A DNA stretch of 64,000 bases from Eledone cirrhosa (GCA_964016885.1 OZ024748.1:35712001-35776000), one strand, 5' to 3'. Positions 37,639-57,290 are shown, counted from the stretch's first letter. Notes: generated by a model not told the origin, from the letters alone. Program-made: numbers and translations.

Positions 37639-38250
37639 TGTGTGTATCTATCACACACGTACATATATATATGCACACACAGAAACACGCACATAACTAT
37701 AGGCACACACACAAACACACATTCTTTTATAAACATACATAAAATCACACACACATACAGCCTTATGACTACATACACACGCATATATATCCTTACCACT
37801 ATATACACACACACACATATATCCTTACCACTATATATACACACATATACACACTTATGAATATATATATAAATATATACACCCTTATGACTATATATAT
37901 ATATACATACATTCATACAAATAAATATAAACTGATTCATATGGTTAATGTGAATATTTACTTTTATTTGTTGGGATCAATAACTATCTAGTAGTGATTG
38001 ATTAGGTATTGACTTTAGGGAAGATATCAATAACTATCTAATAGTGATTGATTAGCTCCCTGTTGACTTTAGGGGAGAGAAAATACCAGGGGGGACATTC
38101 ATGTCTTTTCTAAGTATATTTACATAAAATGGTGTCATACCATACAGCCGAATACTGGGTCTTCGGTTTGGCTGTTGCCAGACACCAAGGAATTTTTAAA
38201 TGATTTTGCAACTAAAAGGTGTCGTCTGCTTCAACTGAACAGAAACTTGG

Positions 38251-41838
<3,588 letters not shown>

Positions 41839-44196
41839 GACCTTGGTTTATATAGAACGAGGGAGAGGATCGAAGTATTACCACTCAACTATCTGACATA
41901 CAGTTACTCACAGATACACTCCAGTTTCTGGCCCATAGATTTGCTGTTCCCTCTCTCTGCTATTTTTACCGCTACTAAAATGATCACTGGTCGCAGGATC
42001 TGGCTGATTTCGTGTCACCTTTATTTAACGAGCTACTGACTTACTCTTCTCATTACCCAACCCTTCCTACCCAGAACTATGAAGCACCCTCTCTGTTCAT
42101 CACTTCTCTATATGTGTTGGATTGTTGTACTTTAAGCAGAGCATCAATGATGTGAAACCGCACCAGTCTTGGAGAGCCCTGAAACTCACATGGGCACTGT
42201 CCCTTCTTCCAGACCTTGCAATAAAACAAAAAACAAAAGGGAGACTGTATACTAATGTCAGGTTGATATTAGGATTGCTGTTGTTGATGATGATGACGAT
42301 GATGATGATGATTATGACGACGCTGACGACAATGATGATGATATGTATTAAGTAAGATATATTAAACGTGAATTGAAGCTGGTTATAATCCACATGCCAT
42401 CTCCTCCACACCAGAACAGTTAGTCTTAACAGTACTAATAAAACTAAACAGTTACAATGAGAATCATAGGTAGTTTTCATTATATTAATAGAATATTATG
42501 TTCTGTGTCAAGTATCGATTTCCACACCCAGCATCTCGTAGTAAATGTTTCGGAAATACTCTGAAAAGTAAAAAGAAAGCACTCGGAGATATTCCTGCTC
42601 TTACAGTATTTTAAATTTATTCTCTTGTGTTTTACATAAATACTATTGTTGACCTTCGAAACACAAGTAGTCCTGTGAAACATCAGAACATAAAGAATCT
42701 TAACTCTACTACTTTCGATTTCTAAGTGGAATTCTTCTCAAAGACCGTTTATTCCCCCACCTCCTCCACACAGCTCTCTGACAAGTTACTTTATAGGCTT
42801 ACCAAATATGGTAATATCAGTAAATTGGAAATTCTAATTTGCGTTGTGCCTGAGCTTGTGTTGTGCACATAGCAAATTCAATTGGATATTAAATTGTGCT
42901 GTAAACAGCTGGGATATACAATAGATATATTTCTGTATAGAAGCTTTGGTATAAGATTTAACCGAAGCTGCGTACAACTGTAAATACGTAGAAAGGTATG
43001 TACAGAATCGAAATAAGGTTTTTTCTTTTTTGTCTGGCCATAGTTTTATTGAGATTTCAAAGATCAATTGAAAGAGGATTTCCTTAATATGTAACCATAC
43101 TAAATACACATTTCCGTTCTTGGAGGTTTATTTCTGACTGAAAACAACTGAAGCTAAACTGCGACAAATTCAAGATTGAGTAAAATAATTTCTAACATCT
43201 TAGCCCGAAGAAGAAGGAGAAGAAATACAGTAAGCTGGAAAATTTCACACACCCTTATTGATTTAAATAATTAAAAACAAGATCATTGGTAAAAAGTGGG
43301 TAAAATTCGGCCAATTCAAAGATCAAGACATGATCACAGCTCGCAATATTCATCCCAATACTTATGTATATTGTATATAAACATATCGTATATAATTGTA
43401 TTATGAATTACAATATGTGCACACATACACATATATATATATATATATGTTAGACATGTAGTGACTAACAACAGAATGTTTTAAGTCTGCGTGTTTCTGA
43501 CATATATGCGTAGCTTGTGAATAAAATATTCAAGGGGTTTCGCTGGCCGTGGTGATACCTTTCAAACATGTTTTGTAATGTATCGTCTTATTGGCTCATC
43601 TCACCGTCTTATTGGCTAATCAACCAATGAGAGTAATTGTTGCTCAAAAGCATCCGCCACTTTGTTTGCACGTTTATTTATCGTTTCGGTTTCGAATCTT
43701 CCTCCTGTATTTCGTCGTTTATCATCAAACTATTTTTCTCGTTTTGGTAAGTTATATTGTTAATTTATATATGATTTTTTAAATTTATATTAACTATTTT
43801 TTTCAGTTCGTTATAACATGCTTATAATATTGGTTGTATCATATTTACTTGTATATTTGTCCATATTATTGTTAATTTTATGTTAGATTATTTTATTATT
43901 ATTATGTTAGATTATTTGTTTAGTATTATGTTGGACTATTTGTATGTAATATTTAATTTTTATTAATTCAACTATAACAATTATTATGTAAAATATATTT
44001 ATTTAATATTGATTGTTTTTTGTAGTTGTTTATATTGAAAGTCTGAAAATATTTTTATACATCTTACAATAATATATATAAGATCATTTATAAAATAACA
44101 ATTATATAATCTAATTACATTACAACCATAATTTATTATTAATATATATCATGTTTAACTAGAGTTATTACAAGCGTTGCCTTAAAAAAAATTAAA

Positions 44197-44640
44197 CTAG
44201 ACCTGAAAAATTCGGAAGCTCAAAAGAGTCACAGAATGTTATAATAAACCTTCAAAAGTGTGGGAATAGAGTTGTTGCTAAAAAATATTGTAATCATTAT
44301 CTATCGTACACTCTGTGGCATCCTTTTATAAAAAAGAAACTCAAAACGAACTCAAGACGACACGATAATTATTTAAGTGAATTTATAATATAGAATTCGG
44401 TTTAAGTGCATTTCGTATTAATCATTACTAAACATCTAATATGAGATATTGAACATTAGCTTAAATAATTATCGTGTCGTCTTGAGTTTGTTATGAGTCT
44501 CTTTTTTATAAAAGGATGCCACAGAGTGTACGATAGATAATGATTACAATATTTTTGAGCAACAACTTTAGTCCCACACTTTTGAAGGTTTATTATAACA
44601 TTCTGTGGCTCTTTTGAGCTTGCGCATTTTTCAGGTCTAG
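44197..44640. repeat. ~180-bp imperfect inverted repeat
   Basis: 44197-44377 vs 44458-44640; followed by (CA)n at 44644-44951. Confidence 0.85.
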
Positions 44641-44847
<207 letters not shown>

Positions 44848-44878
44848 GCACACACACACACGCACGCACACACACACA

Positions 44879-44968
<90 letters not shown>

Positions 44969-44977
44969 CATATATAT

Positions 44978-45926
44978 AATAAATTAGACAATTATCAAAG
45001 TTGTGTTCAAATCATTTAATAGCTGACAATCGTTTCTTCCAAACTTTCGTTTGGGGTCATCGGAGCATTATCAATGTTTGTACATATAATTAACCTCCTA
45101 TTCAACTGAACAATCATATAGATACATATATATTGATGTTGTGAGCAACAGTTTCGTATTTACAGGGTGTACTGGATGCGACATATATTATACGAGAATT
45201 GTACAATAATTCAAATTAAAAGCACAGAGTGGAATACATGCAACAGATAATACAAGAGAATAGTCTAATAATTAAAGAGTCATTGAGAAAGAAGCATTGA
45301 AAGAGGAACAGTACATATGCAAGCGTGTAGAAAGTGCACATGCGTTAGTCATATATATGAGAAGGAAATAAGCAAAGGTATTATGCATATATAGATAAAT
45401 AAATACTGTATGGTAAGCAACACACACAAATTCGAACACTATCAACATATTACATCCGCCATAGATTTTAATACATTAACATATTTGCTTACCATACAGT
45501 ATTTATTTATCTATATATGCATAATACCTTTGTTTATTTCCTTCTCATATATATGACTAACGCATATGCACTTTCTACACGCTTGCATATGTACTGTTCC
45601 TCTCTCAATGCTTCTTTCTCAATGACTCTTTAATTATTAGACTATTCTCTTGTATTATCTGTTGCATGTATTCCACTCTATGCTTTTAATTTGAATTATT
45701 GTACAATTCTCGTATAATATATGTCGCATCCAGTACACACTGTAAATACGAAACTGTTGCTCACAACATCAATATATATGTATCTATATGATTGTTCAGT
45801 TGAATAGGAGGTTAATTATATGTACAAACATTGATAATGCTCCGATGACCCCAAACGAAAGTTTGGAAGAAACGATTGTCAGCTATTAAATGATTTGAAC
45901 ACAACTTTGATAATTGTCTAATTTAT
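44978..45926. repeat. ~440-bp fold-back insertion with HHR-like motifs at 45020..45068(-) and 45836..45886(+)
   Basis: Near-perfect arms; GCT-CCGATGA-ccCCAAAC gaaa GTTTGGaa-GAAA-CGATTG-TC-AGC. Confidence 0.85.
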
Positions 45927-46070
45927 TTTCCTGCTCTGTAAAACACCTGATGTTCTTACATTGAGCTATTTCTCTTACTGGTAATAAGGTAATAGGAGAT
46001 TACTGACCTTTCCTGTTTATAGTTGTTTATAGTATATACATAACTATAAATAGTATTATTATTATATATA

Positions 46071-47196
46071 TTTGTTTTGCGAAGTTTTTGATATGAAATC
46101 GTGTGTCGAAACAAATATTGTTATACTTGGGGAGGGTCATATTGTGGTAATAATATTGCCAGAAATAATAACAGAACACACTCACTGTTTGGTTGGTTTT
46201 CGCTTCTGTATCTTTTATATCTCCACAGTTAATTTATTTGGTCCTCAATGTTTACCATTGACTGACCAACGGTCAAAAATACAGATATAATATAGATATA
46301 CACACATATATATAGCCTAACAAAGTTCTTTCGTTGCTATAGACTACATTTCTAGTTTTACAGTTTATCTGGGGGTTTACTTTACATATAACACATTTCC
46401 TATTAGTACAGTGGGTTTTCTTAAAAGGGTATATTTTGCTGATCAGGGATTTTATTGTAGTCCCTGATCAGCAAAACATAGATAGACCAAGACTGGGGGG
46501 CAATTAAAAGGACGAAAAAACGGTTAAGTACTATACGAACACGCCAGACAACAACATGACGGTAACATAGGCAACATAGAAATTAAAATAATATCTAAAC
46601 ATAGAAAGGACCCAGTAGATAGGCAAATCAGAGAGGCAAGCAAATAAAGCTTAGAAGGCCAATGAATGGAATAACAACAACACCCAAACAAACAATACTG
46701 ACTTAAGAGAAATATAAATAAATAAATAAATAAATAAATATATACACAAGCACAATAACAATAAAACATATAAACACACACTAGTAAACTAAGATAGAAT
46801 ACACTAACCAAAACATAGTCACCCAAACGCGAACACACACATCAAACACTATACACACACGCAAACGCATGCGCAGAGAAGAAGACAAAAATAAATAAAT
46901 AAATAAATAAATAAACAGATAAAATAAAAATGGCGTAAACATACAATACAACAGGAGGAACATAATAGTACCATTGATGATGTTGCGCATGTGCAACGAA
47001 AGAACTTTGTTAGACTATATATATCTGTTTATATCTGTATTTTTGATCGTTGGTCAGTCAATAATAAACATTGAGGACCAAATGAATTGACTGTGGAGAT
47101 ATAAAAGATATAGAAGCGAAAACCAACCAAACAGTGAGTGTGTTCTGTTATTATTTCTGGCAATATTATTACAACAATATGACCCTCCCTAAGTAT

Positions 47197-47201
<5 letters not shown>
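46071..47201. repeat. Composite inverted structure (family F arms ~46115-46338 / 46993-47201; central hairpin 46433-46480)
   Basis: Arms diverge by several substitutions; the left arm begins with an HHR 3'-half-like GAAACAAATATTGTT. Confidence 0.75.
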
Positions 47202-47295
<94 letters not shown>

Positions 47296-47337
47296 ATGAT
47301 ATTAAATAAATGGAAACTATATTTATAAAACCATATT

Positions 47338-47400
47338 TATTTTATTATATATATTTCAAAGGTACCAAAGGACTTTGGTACGCTTTCTTCAGATAAAATA
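47338..47400 (-). ncRNA. Type I hammerhead ribozyme (family D)
   Basis: TATTTTAT-CTGAAGA-AAGcGTACCAAAG tc CTTTGGTACCTTt-GAAA-TATATA-TA-ATAAAATA. Confidence 0.85.
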
Positions 47401-47470
47401 CAAAGTTTGTTTTTTAAATAGAGACATACCCAGGAAAATAATACCTTATCAGTTGGATATTCTCTGGATA

Positions 47471-47512
<42 letters not shown>

Positions 47513-47514
<2 letters not shown>

Positions 47515-48016
47515 TAGCCACGGAGTAGGCAGACCCAGACAAACCTGGGACGACTTGATAAATTCCGACCTCACACACTTACACCTCTCCAAGACAATGT
47601 CATTGGACCGAGATCTTTGGCGCTACACAGTTATAGAGAAGACCCGCCTTGCCTAAGTACAAAGCGAAACCTACAGTCAGTAGGCACCTCTAACAAAATA
47701 CACCCCCGTCCCACTACCCCCACACCACCCCTTTCAATGTGAAGTTATGTTGGTACCACAACATCCAGTCCGAAACAAATGAGGTCGTGTAGGTGTCACG
47801 ACAAAAAAACACACACCACGCTGTAATGTGGCCGTGTAGGTAACACGGTAAAAACCTCCCAGTCCACACTGTAAACGTGGTTGGTGTTAGGAAGGGCATC
47901 CAGCCGTAGAAAACCCACCAGACAGTCCTATACGAGCAAGACAACCAATCTTGCCTCAAGTGGGAAAACTCCCGTCCAAACCCATGCAAGCGTGGAAGAT
48001 GGACGTTAAACGATGG

Positions 48017-48048
<32 letters not shown>
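47513..48048 (+). mobile_element. RTE LINE 3' remnant plus RTE-related short repeat ending in (GAT)n
   Basis: GRPRQTWDDLINSDL..DRDLWR; ggttggtgttaggaagggcatccagccgtagaaa...ggacgttaaacgat(gat)n. Confidence 0.65.
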
Positions 48049-48050
<2 letters not shown>

Positions 48051-48051
48051 G

Positions 48052-49014
48052 GGAAGGAATATGACTCTCTGAGTTCAAATCCCGCTGAGGTCAACTTTGG
48101 CTTTCATCTATTCGAGGTCGATAAAAAAGTACCAGTCAAGTTCTGGGGCCAATTCTTGCTTTATATCTCCTTCTCAATTCTATTCTTTTACTCTCTCTCA
48201 CTCTGGAAGAAATCTGCTGTGTTCAAACCTAGAGTGGGATGGACTCCACCAGGTTTAAAAGGGCCCTAGAAACGCTTATGTCAATACAACATCCCTACGA
48301 CTCTCTCAGCAATTACTGGACCATTTATACATAATATGTATTATTTTTAACATTCTATATATAATATATTATATTTAACGTGTGGTATATAGTATTATAT
48401 AGTATTATATTTAACCGCTCGAATGGCAGTATCAATAGAGGGTCAGACGCCATGCTTTGACGCATAGAGTTACGGCCTTTGCCATTCTGAGTTCAAATCC
48501 CGCCGAGGTTAACTTTGCCTTTCATCCTTACGGGGTCGATAAAATAAAGTACCAGTAATTGCTGGTCTTGTGCCAAAAGTAGAAACAATTATATTTAACA
48601 TGTTATTTATAGTATATTATATTTAACATGCTATATATAGTATATTATATTCAACATGCTATATGTAGTATTATATTTAATGTGTTATATACAGTATATT
48701 ACATTGGCCCTTGCCATTCTGAGTTCGAATCCCGCCGAGGTTAACTTTGCCTTTCATCCTTACGGGGTCGATAAAATAAAGTACCAGTAATGCACTGGGA
48801 TAATTGCTGGCCTTGTGCCAAAAAGTAGAAACAATTTATTAGGGCGACGATTTAGCAGTATCGGTCTGCTTTCTAGTATAGTTACGTCCTATTGCGGTCT
48901 GAGTTCAAATCCCGTCGAGGTTAACTTTGCCTTTCATCCTTACGGGGTCGATAAAATAAAGTACCAGTAATGTACTGGGTATTTGCTGGCCTTGTGCCAG
49001 AAGTAGAAACAATT
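48052..49014 (+). mobile_element. Cluster of four tRNA-derived SINE copies (48052-48150, 48420-48592, 48708-48836, 48842-49014)
   Basis: Repeated GAGTTC(A/G)AATCCCG..GAGGT(T/C)AACTTTG.CTTTCATC..GGTCGATAAA..GTACCAGT, interspersed with a ~27-bp AT minisatellite. Confidence 0.85.
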
Positions 49015-49772
49015 ATATTTAACATTATATAGTATTATATTTAACATGCTATGTATAGAATATTATATTTAACATGCTATATATAGTATATTATATTTAA
49101 CATGCTATATATAGTATATTATATTTAACATGTAATGTAAAATGTTTTATATTTAAAATCAGATTCAATGAAAAACGTGTTGTAACCTGTCTCCCTTCTC
49201 TGTCAGACGATAGCTTGATTCGTTTCTGGAAGTTTCGATCAATAAACGAGCATAGTTTCACTAATGGATTGTACCCCATCTGTCTCGGGTGTTCACTACA
49301 TATACACATTAAATAGCGTGTAGAAATATGCACATCACTAAATGTGTAGAATTATACACATCCAGTAGGATGTAGAAATATACACATCAAATAGAGTGTA
49401 GAAATATATACAACATTAAATGTGTAGATATATATATATATACATAATTAAATGTGTAGATATATATACACATCAAGTAACGTGGAGAAATCTGGAAACC
49501 AGATCATTTTGGGAACAGAAAAAAATGGAGAAAAGAATTGTCAGGGAAGAGAATGAGAGATGGAATTGTAATCAGTGAAACTGAAGTTAAATAGAAATAA
49601 CGACAGTGGGAATAGATAAACAAATCCCTGCCTTGTCTTGACAATATTGTTATTATTATTGTTATTTTATGATCAAAGGTGTTCAAGACGAGATCAGGTG
49701 ATGAGAGTTCTTGCTTTTGTAGAAGGCTTTCATCATATTGGTTTCCGTTGAGCATTCTATCGTACTACAGAG

Positions 49773-49929
<157 letters not shown>

Positions 49930-50089
49930 GGGATACTGTCTAGTATAAGCTAGCAGATGAAAAGTGTGGTTTTCGCCCCGGACGCAGCCCAGCTAACCAA
50001 TAATTGCACTGTAGCAAATCTCTCAGAGAATTTGTGTGAGTATTGCCAAGATTTGCTCGTTTCGTGGACCTCGTAATGACATACGTAAT

Positions 50090-50440
50090 GGCATACGACT
50101 TCTATACGACTTCTACAGGACACTTCTTATGGAAGGATGTGAAGGAGTATGAGTCGATGGACAGCTTCTTGTGACTTGGCTGTCCCGGATAACTGGTGCT
50201 AAGTCGAAGACATTCAATGTCAGTGTCGGACTTCGCCAATGGTGTGTACTGTCGCCTTCCCTGTGGATTTCAGATTACTCGGGTTCGTTTTCACAAGTGA
50301 TGGAAGACAGGAGGGTGAATTAAATACAAGATCTGTAGAAGCTAATGCAGTAATGAACCAGTGTCAGCACTCGGTCACCAGAAGGGAGGTTGATATAAAA
50401 ATCAAATTCTGTGTTCCTACCTATGAATTTTTATATCAAT
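50090..50440 (+). mobile_element. Highly decayed RTE-like RT fragment
   Basis: VSVGLRQ(W/G)C..., FRLLGFVFTSDGRQEGELNTR..ANAVM. Confidence 0.5.
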
Positions 50441-50534
50441 TATTCACTGTTGATAGTTTTGTTATTTTATCATATTACACTAATTAACTCTCTCTATTCT
50501 ATCGCACTATCTTTCTCCCGTCCCTCTCTCTCCC

Positions 50535-50606
<72 letters not shown>

Positions 50607-51039
50607 GTCTCTCATCACCGCTACTTCTCCCTCCCATTGTGTTTTCTCTCTTTTTCTATATTTAATTATCTGCTAATGACTTTCTATCTCACAAGTTACT
50701 AACTCACAGCCGCCCACTCTCCCATCTATTTAAGTATCTCTGTAATTTACCATATAGTTTTTGTTGTTGTATAGTACATCCTTTCTTTCACTTTTATTTA
50801 ACTTTCTCAGCACAGCTACTGCTTTCTCCTTTGTGACAGAAACAGTGAAGACAACCAAGAAAACCGCCTGACACGCGAGCTAACGTTTTATATATTAAGA
50901 TATGTATTATTTAAGGTAGGAATCTATCCATAAATATAACAATTGGGTGTGTTGATAAATATTTTATAATATCGTGTTGATGGCATTTGATGAGCGAGAA
51001 CTCTATACTGTGTTAACCTTGTTACGTAAACTAGCGCCT

Positions 51040-51872
<833 letters not shown>

Positions 51873-52339
51873 AGTCATTTCAATCCTTTTCCATTCCTCC
51901 CACATTCCTTTTCATTTTCCTCTTTTCATCTACATTACTCTCTCCCTCTCTCCCATTCCCCCCTCCCTCTTACACATTTTAGCATTACAATAGAAAACCC
52001 ACCGAAAACTTGAGTGTGGTGGTGGTAGTGTGGTGATGATAGTAGTAGTGGTAGTGGTGGTCGTGGTAGTGGTAGTAGTAGTGGTGGTGGTGGTGGTAGT
52101 GTGGTGTTGATAGTAGTAGTGGTAGTGGTGGTGGTGGTAGTGGTAGTAGTAGTGGTGGTGGTGATAGTACTGGTGGTAGTGGTAGCAGTAGTGGTGGTGG
52201 TGGTGGTAGTGTGGTGATTATAGTAGTAGTGGTAGTGGTGGTAGTGGTAGCAGTAGTGGTGGTGGTGCCAATAACGTGGTAAGCGTTAGTATATCGATTA
52301 TGTTAAAGTATTACTTAACACAGTTCAATCACAATATAG

Positions 52340-54303
52340 GTTGCTACTGCTACTACTACTACTACTGCTACAGCTACTACTGTTACTACTACTACTACTG
52401 CTACAGCTACTACTACTACTACTACTGCTACTGCTACTACTACTACTGCTACAGCTACTGCTACTACTACTACTACTACTGCTACTGCTATTACTACTAC
52501 TGCTACAGCTACTACTACTACTACTACTACTACTGCTACTGCTACTACTGCTACTGCTACTACTACTACTACTACTGCTACTGCTACTACTACTACTGCT
52601 ACAGCTACTACTACTACTACTACTACTACTACTGCTACTGTTACTACTACTACTGCTACTGCTACTACTACTACTACTACTGCTACTACTACTACTACTA
52701 CTGCTACTGCTACTACTACTACTGCTACAGCTACTACTACTATAACTACTGCTACTACTACTGTTACTACTACTACTGCTACAGCTACTACTACTACTAC
52801 TACTGCTACTACTACTACTACTACTGCTACTGCTACTACTACTACTGCTACAGCTACTACTACTACTACTACTACTGCTACTACTACTGTTACTACTACT
52901 ACTGCTACTGCTACTACTACTACTGCTACAGCTACTACTACTACTACTACTGCTACTACTACTGCTACTACTGCTACTACTACTGTTACTACTACTACTA
53001 CTACTGCTACTACTACTGTTACTACTACTACTACTGCTACAGCTACTACTGTTACTACTACTACTGCTACTACTACTGTTACTACTACTACTACTGCTAC
53101 AGCTACTACTGTTACTACTACTACTACTGCTACAGCTACTACTGTTACTACTACTACTACTGCTACTACTACTGTTACTACTACTACTACTGCTACAGCT
53201 ACTACTGTTACTACTACTACTACTGCTACTACTACTGTTACTACTACTACTACTGCTACAGCTACTACTGTTACTACTACTACTACTGCTACTACTACTA
53301 CAACTACTACTACTGTTACTACTACTACTACTGCTACTACTACTGTTACTACTACTACTACTGCTACAGCTACTACTGTTACTACTACTACTGCTACTAC
53401 TACTGTTACTACTACTACTACTGCTACAGCTACTACTGTTACTACTACTACTACTGCTACAGCTACTACTGTTACTACTACTACTACTGCTACAGCTACT
53501 ACTGTTACTACTACTACTACTGCTACTACTACTACTACAACTACTACTACTGTTACTACTACTACTACTGCTACTACTACTGTTACTACTACTACTACTG
53601 CTACAGCTACTACTGTTACTACTACTACTGCTACTACTACTGTTACTACTACTACTACTGCTACAGCTACTACTGTTACTACTACTACTACTGCTACAGC
53701 TACTACTGTTACTACTACTACTACTGCTACAGCTACTACTGTTACTACTACTACTACTGCTACTACTACTGTTACTACTACTACTACTGCTACAGCTACT
53801 ACTGTTACTACTACTACTACTGCTACTACTACTGTTACTACTACTACTACTGCTACAGCTACTACTGTTACTACTACTACTACTGCTACTACTACTGTTA
53901 CTACTACTACTACTGCTACAGCTACTACTGTTACTACTACTACTGCTACTACTACTGTTACTACTACTACTACTGCTACAGCTACTACTGTTACTACTAC
54001 TACTACTGCTACTACTACTGTTACTTCTACTACTACTGCTACAGCTACTACTGTTACTACTACTACTACTGTTACTACTACTGTTACTACTACTACTACT
54101 GCTACAGCTACTACTGTTACTACTACTACTACTGCTACTACTACTGTTACTACTACTACTACTGCTACAGCTACTACTGTTACTACTACTACTGCTACTA
54201 CTACTGTTACTACTACTACTACTGCTACAGCTACTACTGTTACTACTACTACTACTGCTACTACTACTGTTACTACTACTACTACTGCTACAGCTACTAC
54301 TGT

Positions 54304-54339
<36 letters not shown>

Positions 54340-54354
54340 AACTACTACTACTGT

Positions 54355-54389
<35 letters not shown>

Positions 54390-54390
54390 T

Positions 54391-54424
<34 letters not shown>

Positions 54425-55277
54425 GCTGCTGCTGCTGTTGCTGTAATGACGACAATCATCATAAATAATGATGACGATGATCATGATAGTTGTTATGATT
54501 ATTAACCTCCCCCTCCCCCTCCTCCTCACCCACCACCACCATCACCATCACCATCATCACCACCACCATCACCATCATCACCACCACCACCATCATCATC
54601 ACCACCATCACCACCACCACAATCACCACCATCATCACCATCATCACCACCACCATCACCACCACCATCACCACCATCATCACCACCATCATCACCATCA
54701 CCATCATCACCACCACCATCACCATCATCACCACCATCATCACCACCACCATCATCACCACCATCACCATCATCATCACCACCACCACCACCATCACCAC
54801 CACCACCATCACCACCACCACCATCATCAACACCATCACCACCACCACCACCACCACCATCACCATCATCACCACCACCATCATCACCACCATCACCACC
54901 ATCATCATCATCATCACCACCATCATCACCACCATCATCATCATCACCATCAGCACCACCATCACCATCATTATCACCACCACCACCACCACCACCACCA
55001 CCATCACCACCATCACCATCACCATCATCATCATCGTCGTTGTTGCTGTTGTTGTTACCAATGGTAATGTTCGATCTATCTTCTGTTGTTGAAGCTGTGG
55101 AGTTCATCCCATTCCTCCCATCTCAACAACAAACGCCAGTATTTCTTCGGCCACCACTAATTACTTCCACTGATAATGAGCAAGACATTTTAACTATTTT
55201 CTCTCTTTCTCTTTCTTTCCCTGTCATTCACCAGTTGATTCTCTACCACTACTACTACCACCACTACTACTACTACA

Positions 55278-55373
<96 letters not shown>

Positions 55374-55569
55374 ACTACTACTACTACTACGACTACTACT
55401 ACTACTACTACTACCACTACTACTACTACTACAACTGCTGCTGCTGCTGCTACTACTACTACTACTGCTGCTGCTACTACTGCTGCTGTTACTACTACTA
55501 CTACTCCTACTCCTACTACTACTACTACTACTGCTGCTACTACTACTACTACTACTACTCCTACTCCTC

Positions 55570-55610
<41 letters not shown>

Positions 55611-55647
55611 GCTGCTACTACTACTACTACTACTCCTACTCCTACTC

Positions 55648-55709
<62 letters not shown>

Positions 55710-55713
55710 GCTG

Positions 55714-55746
<33 letters not shown>

Positions 55747-55782
55747 CTACTCCTACTACTACTACTACTACTACTACTACTA
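52340..55782. repeat. Trinucleotide satellite block: (CTA)n variants 52340-54445, (CAC/CAT)n 54528-55035, (CTA)n 55245-55782
   Basis: Direct reading; generates the poly-Y/V/S/H ORFs. Confidence 0.95.
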
Positions 55783-56099
55783 TTAGTGTCATTGCAGCTC
55801 TTGTGTTCTACATGCACCCCCCCCTCTACCCATTTCTCTTCAGATTCTTCCACCGCAGTATTGCCACTACGACAACTCTCCCCGCCACATACACACAGAC
55901 ACACACGTACACACACACACATGAATACACATGCATACACGGACACACACACATATACACACGCACACGGGCACACGTGCACACACACATATACACGTAA
56001 ACACGCACGGACACACAGACACACACATACGTGCACCTGTCCACACCCCTCCTACAGTAGACACAGATATCTGTACTCTCTCTCAACACACATAACATC

Positions 56100-57290
56100 T
56101 CCCCTCCACCCCTAACCCTCACCCTCCTAACGACACTTCCCCCTTTACATACTCCCGCTCCCCCGACTATAACCCCACGCCTCCCCCACTACAACACCCC
56201 ATCTACAACCCCACACTTCCCCCTTTACATACTCCCCCCCCAATATAATCCCCCACCACTATAACACCCCCTCTACAACCCCACACTTCCCCCTTTACAT
56301 ACTCCCGCTCCCCCGACTATAACCCCACGCCTCCCCCACTATAACACCCCCTCTACAACCCCTACACGTCCCCCCTTTACATACTCCCGCTCCCCCACTA
56401 CAACGCTCCCCTCTATAACCCCACCTCCACCTCTACACCCCTTCGCCCCCACTACATCCCCATTACACCCCCCCCCCCCTGTACATCCCCCACCCTGTCA
56501 CATTAACCCACCCCTGGCTAATGTGACGTAATTATACCAACTTTCTCACCATTGCTCTCTCTCCTCCCAGACTCACCTTTTCAATCCACCAATCACTTAT
56601 TAATCAAACAACTTTATTGATCTCAGCTAGAGAATATTGATCCCCCCTAACACACTTCATTTTTTGTCATTTTATATCCACTTGCTCACCTTTCTCTCAC
56701 CTGTCTCCCCCTCTCTCACCTGTCTCCCCCTCTCTCACCTGTTTCCCCCTCTCTCACCGGTCACCTTTCTCTCACCTGTCCCCCCCTCTCTCACCTGTCT
56801 CCCCCTCTCTCACCTGTCTCTCCCTCTCTCACCTGTTTTCCCCCTCTCTCACCGGTCACCTTTCTCTCACCTGTCTCCCCCTCTCTCACCTGTCTCCCCC
56901 TCTCTCACCTGTCTCTCCCTCTCTCACCTGTTTCCCCCTCTCTCACCGGTCACCTTTCTCTCACCTGTCCCCCCTCTCTCACCTGTTTCCCCCTCTCTCA
57001 CCGGTCACCTTTCTCTCACCTGTCTCCCCCTCTCTCACCTGTTTCCACCTCTCTCACCGGTCACCTTTCTCTCACCTGTCTCCCCCTCTTACACCTGTTT
57101 CCCCCTCTCTCACCTGTCTCCCCCTCTTACACCTGTTTCCCCCTCTCTCACCTGTCTCCCCCTCTCTCACCTGTCACCCCCTCTCTCATCTGTTTCCCCC
57201 TCTCTCACCTGTTTACCCCTCTCTCATCGGTCACCTTTCTCTCACCTGTCTCCCCCTCTTACACCTGTCTCCCCTTTCTCACTTGTCACC
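56100..57290. repeat. C-rich minisatellites (56100-56480; ~19-bp cacctgtctccccctctct unit at 56685-57290)
   Basis: Direct reading. Confidence 0.9.

Noticed and set aside
42080-42240. Possible host exons (also 50810-50920 and 63480-63950)
   Set aside because: Splice-like signals only; no recognisable protein motif or consistent gene structure
52276-56036. 700-aa poly-Y/V/S and poly-H/DG ORFs, including an MNSTAS..NITIGNNNS receptor-like start
   Set aside because: Trinucleotide satellites lack stops in several frames; no transmembrane or other domain follows
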